Numbered from the stretch's first letter, positions 1-7,552 are shown. The stretch: 39,570 nucleotides of DNA from Opitutaceae bacterium (GCA_035648795.1 DASRKV010000032.1:1-39570); one strand, 5' to 3'. Made by a program: numbers and translations. The notes: generated from the sequence alone by a model not told the origin.

Positions 1-429
1 GTGGGAATGCCCCGTCACGAAATCGTACTCGGCCAGGTATGGGTACACAAAGTCGAACGAACCCAGCACGATGGTATCGACATCGATATAGATGAATCGC
101 TCGAATTCGCCGTACCATGCCGCGGCTTTCCGATATTGTCCCACCACGCGCCCATGCAGCGCGCGGCTCAGGTCGTCGCACTCCCGGAGAATGTCGCGGT
201 TGTCAAAAAGGCTGAAGCCATACCGCTGACGAAGTCCGGCGATCAGGCGGATGTCGTCGTCGAAGGGGATCAGGCAGAGCAGCCGCGTCGGATTCTTGGC
301 CCGGAAGCTGTTGAGGAAGGCAACGACGAGGTCCAATACCCGATCATTCGCCAGGAAATAGACCCCGTCCGTGGCGATGCCTTGCGGTTTCTCGGGTTCT
401 TCGTGGAATCTGCCGGTAACAGGGTGCAT
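1..429 (-). CDS. Partial CDS (first 143 codons; continues beyond the left edge): GT-A / glycosyltransferase-family-8-like nucleotide-sugar transferase fold protein
   Basis: Not in the ORF track because it has no stop in the window. A reverse-strand ATG at 429 opens an uninterrupted frame down to position 1: MHPVTGRFHEEPEKPQGIATDGVYFLANDRVLDLVVAFLNSFRAKNPTRLLCLIPFDDD...GEFERFIYIDVDTIVLGSFDFVYPYLAEYDFVTGHSH. Third codon positions are G/C-rich. It has a DxD-type motif (IYIDVDTIVL) as in GT-A transferases. The listed + ORF 1..450 is its antisense shadow. Confidence 0.6.
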   Translation of the reverse strand, partial: MHPVTGRFHEEPEKPQGIATDGVYFLANDRVLDLVVAFLNSFRAKNPTRLLCLIPFDDDIRLIAGLRQRYGFSLFDNRDILRECDDLSRALHGRVVGQYRKAAAWYGEFERFIYIDVDTIVLGSFDFVYPYLAEYDFVTGHSH

Positions 430-1280
430 CACATCAGGTGCATTGGTTGACGTCGTCGGAAGTAGTCCGCTGCGTGCATATTTCAAGCTTCCGTGCGATA
501 CGGTCACGGTGGAAACGCTGCCGAATACCGGGTTTCCGGTATGACCCATGGACTCGCACGATTGACTCCACCGGAGATTAGACAACACACGAGCCGGTTA
601 TAGAAGACCAGTTCACGCTCGGAATCAGCGACGGTCGTTGGGTGCCCGAAAAGGCACCCGGGTCATTGACGAGCGACTCAACGGTCGCGAGGTCGGCGAC
701 CACGGACGTTGCGCCGACGATTTATGCGGCTCATCGTTGCCGACCAAAACAGCACTCGAGGTTGTGTCGATTTACTACGCCAAACAGCCACATTGAAGTG
801 GCCGCACGGTGAGGTGGCTCGCCTTGCAGGAAGTGGCGTAGCCGTCGGGTGCGTGGACCGGATTGAGACATTGACGGCGGAGATATTTCCCTGGGCCCCG
901 CCACAGAGAATGTCGGGCGACGACGTTCGTTCTCCCTGACAGCGCAACTTGTTCGGACACGTTCGCGATACCGGAACTCCGGTAAACGGGGCGATTGCGA
1001 CTCAATCGAACATCCATCGAATGAGACGCAGCACCACCACTCGCGCTCAGGTGCCGCTCACGCCACGTTCGAAGAATTTTGGTGGCGGACTCCGGGCCTG
1101 AGTGACCCCTGGATCCATCCTTTCTCCTCCAGAAATCTCAAACGGCCAATGGCCACTCTTGCACCCGACCCTCCACGCGATCTGCGTCTCACTGCGATGA
1201 GTTCCGCCAATTCATCCGGAGATAACGCCGCTGATCCATTGGCGGTCCAGCCAAGCGAGCCCTCAGTGACCGCCCATTGC

Positions 1281-1766
1281 ATGACGCGTCTTTTGATCGC
1301 TCTCAATCCGTTTTCCGCAAACCCCCCGAAGCCATTTCTGCCGTGGATGACCGTAAGGTACCTCGTCGTCATTTTGGCAGCTAACGCGCTTTTGTCACGC
1401 CTCGGTGGTCATGGCCGGCCCGATCTGGCCGGCATGACGCCGGCCAACCTGATTGTCTTGGCGGTTTTTCTCGGGCCGATCACCGAAACCTTCCTCTTTC
1501 AGGCCTTGTTCTGCGGACTGGCCAGGCGCTTGCGGTTGCGGTTCTGGTGGCAGGTGGCGGTGACGATGCTGCCGTTCGCGACCGCGCACTTCCACTATGG
1601 GCTCCGCACCGGTTTGCAGGCGGGGGTCGTGCTCGGGTATTTCTTAAGTTATGTATATGTGATCCAGCGACGCACTTCGTTCATCCGTGCTATCTCCTGG
1701 ACCTCTTTATTCCATATGCTGAACAATGGAGTAATTATATTTATCATTTTGCTCCTGCGGCATTAA
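1281..1766 (+). CDS. CPBP family intramembrane protease (CAAX protease / bacteriocin-processing, Abi-like); possible immunity function
   Basis: The ORF ends at 1766. Three CPBP signature blocks lie in hydrophobic helices: GPITETFLFQALF (EExxFR-like), LPFATAHFHYG (FxxxH), SLFHMLNNG (HxxxN). About 5 predicted TM helices. The start is ambiguous (ATG at 1149, 1281 or 1347); the conserved core begins at 1347 (MTVRYLVVIL...). Confidence 0.7.
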   Translation: MTRLLIALNPFSANPPKPFLPWMTVRYLVVILAANALLSRLGGHGRPDLAGMTPANLIVLAVFLGPITETFLFQALFCGLARRLRLRFWWQVAVTMLPFATAHFHYGLRTGLQAGVVLGYFLSYVYVIQRRTSFIRAISWTSLFHMLNNGVIIFIILLLRH

Positions 1767-1933
1767 ACGGGCAGCCGCGAAAGGCATTCGCTTTGTGGCC
1801 GCTTCCCTTTCACGGATCAGCATCACGACTCTCCCAGTGGCCGCCGAAGCAAGACGTAATTGTCCGAAGCGACGCAAGATACATTTCGTCTATCCAGACG
1901 AAGCTAGGAAAACATAAATAACCCAATACGCAG

Positions 1934-2140
1934 ATGCAATCAACCAACATAGTACACCTGACTGACCAAGAACTGGAAGGAATCGCCGGAGGGCTGGAAT
2001 GGGGAGTCGGCTTTCTTGGCTATCTCAACCCCGTGGCAGTGCTGGGCTTCGTTGGCTATGCCACCTATAGCCTGATCAGCAACTATAGCTCATATACGGC
2101 TGGCGTGAGCCAGGGTTATGACTATGCGGCGCGTCAATAA
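1934..2140 (+). CDS. Double-glycine-leader peptide precursor 1 (class II bacteriocin / microcin-like), 68 aa
   Basis: The leader MQSTNIVHLTDQELEGIAGG matches the GG-leader consensus (L-12, E-8, L-7, I-4, GG-2/-1). The 48-aa Cys-free core is Gly/Tyr/Ser-rich and hydrophobic: LEWGVGFLGYLNPVAVLGFVGYATYSLISNYSSYTAGVSQGYDYAARQ. Confidence 0.8.
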   Translation: MQSTNIVHLTDQELEGIAGGLEWGVGFLGYLNPVAVLGFVGYATYSLISNYSSYTAGVSQGYDYAARQ

Positions 2141-2156
2141 GTCAATCCTCCCTACA

Positions 2157-2357
2157 ATGAATACCATCGAACTGAACGAAGCAGAGTTGGCAGCGGTTAA
2201 CGGAGGCGATGATGCCTCCTTCTGGCAGACCGCGGGAGTGGTCGTCGGCTACGTGACCTACCAGGTTCAACAGATCGTGAACGCCGCCGCGAACTCGTTT
2301 GTCAGCGGCGCGAATTCCACTGCCTTCATGGCCGCCAACGGGCAGATTCTGTATTGA
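2157..2357 (+). CDS. Double-glycine-leader peptide precursor 2 (class II bacteriocin / microcin-like), 66 aa
   Basis: Uses an internal ATG of ORF 2118..2357. The leader MNTIELNEAELAAVNGG has L-12, E-8, L-7, V-4 and GG. The 49-aa Cys-free core is DDASFWQTAGVVVGYVTYQVQQIVNAAANSFVSGANSTAFMAANGQILY. It starts 17 nt after peptide 1. Confidence 0.75.
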   Translation: MNTIELNEAELAAVNGGDDASFWQTAGVVVGYVTYQVQQIVNAAANSFVSGANSTAFMAANGQILY

Positions 2358-2394
2358 GCTGGCGATCTCGATCCAAGCCCATTCGCTGCAGCCG

Positions 2395-2427
2395 GACGGC
2401 TCCTGTGTGGAACAGGAGCCGTCTTTG
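2395..2427 (+). terminator. Rho-independent terminator closing the peptide genes
   Basis: Perfect 11-bp stem GACGGCTCCTG / CAGGAGCCGTC with loop TGTGGAA, followed by TTTG. It lies between the peptide 2 stop (2357) and the convergent regulator stop (2456). Confidence 0.6.
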
Positions 2428-2455
2428 CGAGACTGGTTTGGGCCTGGTCTGACAA

Positions 2456-3235
2456 TCAAGTGTAGTGGGAATTGCCGGAGACCAATGGGGAACCGAGACG
2501 AATGCCGGCTTTCCGGCACCGTTTTGTTCGATGAGGAAGCCCAGGGGATGTTGAATCATCGCGCCAGGCGAACTCCCGTGACCGGGGGCCCTCGCGGATC
2601 TGCTCCGCGTCGAGCGCAATCCCGTGGGTCCGCGCGAAACGCACGAGCTCGGCGGTCGTCTTGAGCTCCAGCTTCCGCAGGATATTGAACCGATGCTTTT
2701 CCACCGTCTCCGCCGAGATCCTGAGCTCGGCGCCGATTTCGCGGTCGCTAAAGGGGACGGCGATCAGCGCCAAGACCGAGAGTTCACGATCGCTTAAGAT
2801 CTTATCGAAGGAGGTCGAGTCCCTCACCCGCGCCGAGCGGAGCCTGAGAAAACTTGGGGAGAAGTAGACGCCGTCGGCCGCAACCTTCGCGATGGCCTCA
2901 CTGAGGTCGGAAATCCCGACGGCGCGGTTGTCGACAAAGCCTCTGACGCGGCGCTTCTCCGCCCGGTAAACGGTGAACTGGTCGCAATGGGACGTGACGA
3001 CAATGATGCGAATGTCGGGCGCAATTTCCTGCGCGGCATCAGCGACGGCGAAGCCATCGACGTCGGGCAGGGGGAGGTCGAGCACGAGAAGCATGAAGGG
3101 CTGCAACTGCAGCTGTCGGATCGCAGAAGCTCCGTCGGCGACGCACACGACTTGGGCGGGCCCAAAAAGCGTCGAGCAGACCCGTTTGAGGACGCCTTGG
3201 AGGATGACGTGATCTTCCACGATCAAGGTATTCAT
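2456..3235 (-). CDS. Two-component response regulator, NarL/FixJ (LuxR-type HTH) family
   Basis: From internal ATG 3235: MNTLIVEDHVILQG...LLVLDLPLPDVDG (receiver domain with acceptor Asp). C-terminal LuxR HTH: LSDRELSVLALIAVPFSDREIGAELRISAETVEKHRFNILRKL. There is an unusual tail of about 50 aa after the HTH. No histidine kinase is adjacent. Confidence 0.9.
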   Translation of the reverse strand: MNTLIVEDHVILQGVLKRVCSTLFGPAQVVCVADGASAIRQLQLQPFMLLVLDLPLPDVDGFAVADAAQEIAPDIRIIVVTSHCDQFTVYRAEKRRVRGFVDNRAVGISDLSEAIAKVAADGVYFSPSFLRLRSARVRDSTSFDKILSDRELSVLALIAVPFSDREIGAELRISAETVEKHRFNILRKLELKTTAELVRFARTHGIALDAEQIREGPRSREFAWRDDSTSPGLPHRTKRCRKAGIRLGSPLVSGNSHYT

Positions 3236-3824
3236 CGGCAAAATGGATAAGCGAGCGATTGGAACAACCCCCACGGGCATTTTCTCTGCGGCCACCGGGA
3301 ACCGAAAAAGCAGAAAAGTTTTTATCGCCGCGAAATCACCATTGAATCAAGTGCAATTTTCACTTCAAAAGAATTTTCAGGCAGAGCTGGCCGGCGATGA
3401 GTTTGCGGCGGCAGGGCTCCAGAATCATCCGCGAAATCGACACGACTGATCGATGTGTGGTCCGGGCAGGTCAAGAGTCCCGATGCCATTGGTGTTGGCG
3501 GACGGAGAGGCAACAGCCAAGGTGGCGCCCTCCAGTCCACTGGATCATCCCTTCGAGACGACCGGGCGGGTGGCAACCGGGTAATTTGCGGGGCAAAGCG
3601 GAGAGAACTTTGCGGAGTGCATGACCTGGCCGCACGCCGCCGAACGGAATAGCAGGGGAGGGGGATTTTTAAGTCGTTGGCGGCGAAGCGGCAGATGTTC
3701 CCGCAAACGTCATGGCACGGTGTGGGCTGAAGGAGAATCGGCCAGCCTGTGCGCTCTTTCGCCAGAGTCCGGCAGGCGGCCAACCCTCAATCGATAGATA
3801 AATTCGAGAAATGCGCACTCAACC

Positions 3825-4625
3825 ATGAAGGCGAAAAACTACCTCCGTCTTCTAAGCATATTGTGGGGAACCGGATGGATCGTGCTGACGAGCATCAGTC
3901 CGCTCCGTGCCGACGAGCGGGATGACCGCGTCGAACAGGCATTCAGAGACAGTTACATCTATCACACGCAGTTGAAGGACGCCGACGTCTCGATTTCGTC
4001 GAAAGCCGGAGCGGTCACCTTAACCGGCCGCGTGGCGACGGACCAGGAGAAGCAACTCGCCCAAGATACCGACGTGGCGTTGCTTGGCGTCGGCACGGTC
4101 GACAATCAGTTGATTGTGCCGATGCAACCGGCGGAAGCGTCCGACGATTGGGTCGCGCTCAAAGTCCGCGGGACACTTCTGTTCGACCGCAATGTCAGCC
4201 TGACCGGCAAACAGGTGACCGTGAAAGATGGCATCGTGACCCTGACCGGCACGGCGGACAACGATGCCGAGAAAGCGTTGGCTGGCGAATACGCCGTCGA
4301 CGTGAAAGGAGTGAAAAGCGTAGTCAACAAGCTTGCGGTCGGCGGCCAGATGCAGACCTCCGAGATTCAGCCGCGTTCGCAGGAGTCGCGCACCATCGGT
4401 GAGAAGATCGACGACGCCTCGATCACGGCGCAGGCCAAATATGCCTTGGCGGTGCACCAGTCGACCAGCGCCTTGCGGACCCAGGTGGCGACCCAAGATG
4501 GCGTCGTGACCATTCGGGGAACCGCCAAGAACGCCGCCGAAAAAGCCTTGGTGACCAAGCTGACCGAGGACATCCAGGGCGTGAAAGACGTCCGCAACGA
4601 GAGGCAGGTTCAGGTCCAGGGCTAG
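3825..4625 (+). CDS. Periplasmic BON-domain protein (OsmY-like), three BON repeats
   Basis: N-terminal signal-like segment (LRLLSILWGTGWIVLTSISPLRA). Three repeats of the BON pattern, e.g. VTVKDGIVTLTGTADNDAEKALAGEYAVDVKGVKSVVNKL and VATQDGVVTIRGTAKNAAEKALVTKLTEDIQGVKDVRNE. Confidence 0.9.
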   Translation: MKAKNYLRLLSILWGTGWIVLTSISPLRADERDDRVEQAFRDSYIYHTQLKDADVSISSKAGAVTLTGRVATDQEKQLAQDTDVALLGVGTVDNQLIVPMQPAEASDDWVALKVRGTLLFDRNVSLTGKQVTVKDGIVTLTGTADNDAEKALAGEYAVDVKGVKSVVNKLAVGGQMQTSEIQPRSQESRTIGEKIDDASITAQAKYALAVHQSTSALRTQVATQDGVVTIRGTAKNAAEKALVTKLTEDIQGVKDVRNERQVQVQG

Positions 4626-4645
4626 GGAACTTCTGCTGCTGGGCG

Positions 4646-4667
4646 GGTGCGCGAACGCACCTTGTTG
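4646..4667 (+). terminator. Candidate intrinsic terminator after the BON gene
   Basis: Stem GGTGCG / CGCACC with loop CGAA, followed by TTGTTG. It starts 21 nt after the stop codon. Confidence 0.4.
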
Positions 4668-4670
4668 ATG

Positions 4671-4698
4671 GGCAGACCTGGTGTTTTCCAGGTCTGCC
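4671..4698. terminator. Strong hairpin between convergent genes (possible bidirectional terminator; no clear U-tract)
   Basis: Perfect 11-bp stem GGCAGACCTGG / CCAGGTCTGCC with loop TGTTTT. Its 3' edge abuts the stop codon of the minus-strand ORF 4698..4952. Confidence 0.4.
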
Positions 4699-4952
4699 TA
4701 CATCTCGCCGTGGCGTTGTCCGGAGATGCGAGGCGGTGGTTGTGTGAGCAGCTCCCAATCGAGTTGGGCAAGGAACATCTGATGCCCGGGTTCAGGCCGG
4801 GAATAGCGGGTGAAGATCCACTCGCGGCCGCCGGTAGTCGGGAAGTGTACATCGAGCACCAGAAGAGCGCCGAGCTCCGGCACCCATTCTGCCCAAAGAA
4901 CTCGGCTGCGAAAGAGGGCGGATCTTCCCCCAGGCGCCTCCCGAAAATCCAT
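4698..4952 (-). CDS. Hypothetical small protein (84 aa)
   Basis: ORF MDFREAPGGRSALFRSRVLWAEWVPELGALLVLDVHFPTTGGREWIFTRYSRPEPGHQMFLAQLDWELL... has non-repetitive, protein-like composition. It ends at a strong hairpin shared with the convergent BON gene. I recognise no family. Confidence 0.35.
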   Translation of the reverse strand: MDFREAPGGRSALFRSRVLWAEWVPELGALLVLDVHFPTTGGREWIFTRYSRPEPGHQMFLAQLDWELLTQPPPRISGQRHGEM

Positions 4953-5028
4953 CTCCTAACCAGCAACGACTCGCGCCGTCCGACCACCAGAAAAAATCCG
5001 CTTTTGGCTCCCAGTAGCGCAGGTCAGG

Positions 5029-5569
5029 CTAACGCGTCGACCGGGGGCAGGCACCGCGCGCGGCCTGATCGATCGCCAGATCCTGCAGCAGGCTCTGGTA
5101 AGCGGGCGATTCGCGCAGGAGCCGTTCTCCGCCCCGGATCAACCGGTCCGGTCCGTTTCCCCGGGCCGGTGGAGACTCGTCGGCACGGCATTGAAGAAGG
5201 CGGGCTCGGCGGGATCCTGACTCGCCTGGAAATCCACGCGAATGAAGTGGATCTTCGGCTGGTCCCGGGTGCCGATCCGCCGCGCCGTCCGCTGCGTCTG
5301 CCAAAGGGGCAGACTGGATTCGACGAGCGCGACCGTTTCCCTGGTCGTGCGGTCGATCGACGTGTTGCCGAGTGCGGTCTGAAACCGGTACCCCGCCGCA
5401 GGGTCACTCCGGGCGAGCGGCACGTTGCGGGAGCATGGGCGCAACCGACGACCAGAATTGCCAGGAGCGCAAGGCCGGGCAGCCGGGCGGAAAACCGATC
5501 ACGGGTGGAGGGCAGGCAGGGGGACCGGAAAGCATCGGAGAGGAAGATGGCACGGATCTGTATCGGCAC
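5029..5569 (-). pseudogene. Probable lipoprotein gene broken by two frameshifts (or sequencing errors)
   Basis: Frame A (GTG at 5569) encodes a signal peptide plus lipobox: ...RFSARLPGLALLAILVVGC. The coding-looking sequence with G/C-rich third positions then continues in a second frame (5139..5444: ...PLARSDPAAGYRFQTALGNTSIDRTTRETVALVESSLPLWQTQ...IHFIRVDFQASQDPAEPAFFNAV...). It continues again in a third frame (5029..~5160: ...RLIRGGERLLRESPAYQSLLQDLAIDQAARG). The second shift coincides with a GGACCGGACCGG slip-prone repeat. Confidence 0.4.
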
Positions 5570-5701
5570 TCACCGACCGGCAATTCCTCGATTGACCGGA
5601 ATGCCGTCAAGGCACCTAGCGGCCGGTGGCGTCCGAATCGAGAGAAATAGTGGCACAAGAAAACTGGCCAGCGGGGCAGAATCGTTTTCAATGGACGGCA
5701 G

Positions 5702-7552
5702 ATGTCTGCTCCGGCACTCGATTTCCGCAACACGAACAGTCTCTGGTGCAGCGTCGTCGTGGAAACGCTGGCGCGGCTGGGACTGCGCCATGCGGTCGTC
5801 TGCCCCGGCTCGCGTTCGGCACCGCTGACCTTTGCGTTCGCGCGGCATCCGCAGATCGAGGCGATTTCGGTGCTCGACGAGCGCTCGGCGGCGTTTTTCG
5901 GCCTGGGGCTGGCCCGTCGGTATCGCCGGCCGACCGCTCTGGTCTGCACGTCCGGGACGGCGGCGGCCGGTTTTCTGCCCGCGATCATCGAGGCGCACGA
6001 GAGCGGGGTGCCGTTGCTGGTGTTCACGGCCGACCGGCCGCCCGAGATGCGCGAATGCGGATCGGGGCAGACGATCGACCAACAGAAACTCTATGGCGGC
6101 TACGTGAATTACTACCACGAACTGGCTGTGCCCGAGGCGAAGATCGAGCTGCTGGAGTACGCGCGCCAGAACACCGCGCACGCCTTCGAACGCACCCAGT
6201 ATCCGTTCGCCGGCCCGGTCCACCTGAACGCGCCATTCCGGGATCCGCTGCCGCCGGTGGAAGATGGACTGACGGAGAAGCTGCGGCCAAGACTCGATCC
6301 GGAAACGTTTTTTGCCCATGTGGAGCCGGGTCCGGGTAGCGCTGGTCTGGGACGCAACGATGAATTCCTATGTGGGGCGGGATCGCCGGATCCCGCCGTT
6401 TTGCCGGAGGAGGCGGGGTACGGCGACCCCGCCCTACAACGCCTTGGGCGGTACTCGCGCGGCGTGATCGTTGCCGGTCCGGCGCAACCGGCCGACCCGG
6501 GGGCGTACTGCGCAGCGGTGGCCCGGATCGCCGGGGCATTGGGCTGGCCGGTTCTGGCGGACGGCCTCAATCCGTTGCGCAATCACGCGGCGGAGAATCC
6601 GCTGCTGGTAATCGACTACAACGCCGTGTTGCGCTCGGCCGCCCTGGCGGCGCGATTGAAGCCCGATGCAGTCCTGGGGCTGGGCGACTGGCCCACGAGC
6701 AAGCAACTGCGCCAGTGGCTGCACGGCGCGGATGCTGAAACATGGATGATCGCGGCCGACAACCGGAACCATGATCCGCTCCACGGCCGGACGCGGCACC
6801 TGCGATGCGGGGTCGAGGCGCTGGCGGCGGACTTTCCCCGGGAGGGGCGCGCAGCAACTGTCTACGCGGCCGAATGGCGGCGCGCGGACCAGGCGGCGCG
6901 CGAGTTACTCGACCGTCGGCTCGACGAAGCGGCGGGTCCGCCCGGTGCGAACTCCGGCCCGTTTTTCGAAGGGTGTGTGAGCTGGCTGCTCTCCCGACAT
7001 CTGCCGCCGGACACGCCGATCTTCGTGGCCAGCAGCATGCCGGTGCGGGATGTGGAGTTTTTTTGGAGGCTCAACGATCGTGGCTGCCGGCCCTATTTCA
7101 ACCGCGGCGCCAACGGCATCGACGGCACGCTGTCGACCGCGCTCGGCGTGGCGCATGGCAACCAGCCGGCGGTGTTGTTGACCGGCGATCTGGCGCTGCT
7201 GCACGACACGAACGGATTCCTGCTGCGGCCGAAGTTGCGGGGGAGCCTGACGATTGTGCTGATCAACAACCATGGCGGCGGGATTTTCGAGATGCTGTCC
7301 GTGGCAAAATTTGATCCGCCCTTCGAGGAATTCTTCGCCACGCCGCAGGAGGTGGATTTCGGGCGGCTCTGCCCGGCGTACGGAGCCGAGCACGTGCTTG
7401 TCCGCGACCGGGCGCATTTGACCGCGCTGATCTCGGTGTTGCCGAAGGCCGGCCTCCGCGTGCTGGAAGTGCGGACGGAACGCAAGCGTGACGCGGCATT
7501 GCGCCGGGAGCTGTTCGGTGCGGCCGCGCAGGCGGCGGAAGCGGCGGTTTAA
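5702..7552 (+). CDS. menD: 2-succinyl-5-enolpyruvyl-6-hydroxy-3-cyclohexene-1-carboxylate (SEPHCHC) synthase
   Basis: 616 aa. The N-terminus NSLWCSVVVETLARLGLRHAVVCPGSRSAPLT...VCTSGTAAAGFLPAIIEAHESGVPLLVFTADRPPE is typical MenD. ThDP-binding block: LLTGDLALLHDTNG...VLINNHGGGIF. Confidence 0.93.
   Translation: MSAPALDFRNTNSLWCSVVVETLARLGLRHAVVCPGSRSAPLTFAFARHPQIEAISVLDERSAAFFGLGLARRYRRPTALVCTSGTAAAGFLPAIIEAHESGVPLLVFTADRPPEMRECGSGQTIDQQKLYGGYVNYYHELAVPEAKIELLEYARQNTAHAFERTQYPFAGPVHLNAPFRDPLPPVEDGLTEKLRPRLDPETFFAHVEPGPGSAGLGRNDEFLCGAGSPDPAVLPEEAGYGDPALQRLGRYSRGVIVAGPAQPADPGAYCAAVARIAGALGWPVLADGLNPLRNHAAENPLLVIDYNAVLRSAALAARLKPDAVLGLGDWPTSKQLRQWLHGADAETWMIAADNRNHDPLHGRTRHLRCGVEALAADFPREGRAATVYAAEWRRADQAARELLDRRLDEAAGPPGANSGPFFEGCVSWLLSRHLPPDTPIFVASSMPVRDVEFFWRLNDRGCRPYFNRGANGIDGTLSTALGVAHGNQPAVLLTGDLALLHDTNGFLLRPKLRGSLTIVLINNHGGGIFEMLSVAKFDPPFEEFFATPQEVDFGRLCPAYGAEHVLVRDRAHLTALISVLPKAGLRVLEVRTERKRDAALRRELFGAAAQAAEAAV
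6371..6438. repeat. Family-1 palindromic (REP/MITE-like) element copy, located inside the menD reading frame
   Basis: TGTGGGGCGGGATCGCCGGATCCCGCC...GGCGGGGTACGGCGACCCCGCCCTACA. The termini are inverted repeats and match the copies at 10017..10096 and 27777..27842. It is translated within MenD as CGAGSPDPAVLPEEAGYGDPALQ. Confidence 0.7.

Noticed and set aside
1-450. Listed + strand ORF (149 aa) starting with GTG at position 1
   Set aside because: Its composition is odd and it lies exactly antisense to a much more protein-like minus-strand frame with a GT-A DxD motif. I treat it as a shadow ORF.
640-659. Hairpin GGGTGCC-CGAAAA-GGCACCC
   Set aside because: No U-tract on either strand and no gene end nearby, so I cannot call it a terminator or a known regulatory element.
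1058-1372. Minus-strand ORF (104 aa) with a winged-helix-like C-terminal string (RLRFLEEKGWI), possibly a small regulator of the peptide locus
   Set aside because: It overlaps the 5' part of the CPBP ORF head-to-head and uses many AGA codons. It has no recognisable motif beyond a vague wHTH flavour. Only one of the two overlapping readings can be right, and the CPBP motifs are the stronger evidence. It could still be real if it starts at the internal ATG (1282).
1547-1921. + ORF of 124 aa overlapping the 3' half of the CPBP gene
   Set aside because: It is out of frame with the motif-bearing CPBP reading and has low-complexity Arg/Ala/Pro composition.
3322-3783. Minus ORF of 153 aa in the long regulator/BON spacer
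   Set aside because: Cys/Arg/Pro-rich with no motifs and no codon-position GC skew. It is probably non-coding.
4647-5828. + ORF of 393 aa spanning the BON-menD gap
   Set aside because: Extremely Arg/Gly/Pro-rich nonsense. It is antisense to the lipoprotein-like frames and runs into menD out of frame.
5404-6582. Several minus ORFs (5404..6027, 5570..6319, 6024..6539, 6112..6582) and + ORF 5626..6339
   Set aside because: They are antisense or off-frame shadows of menD, typical of high-GC DNA.
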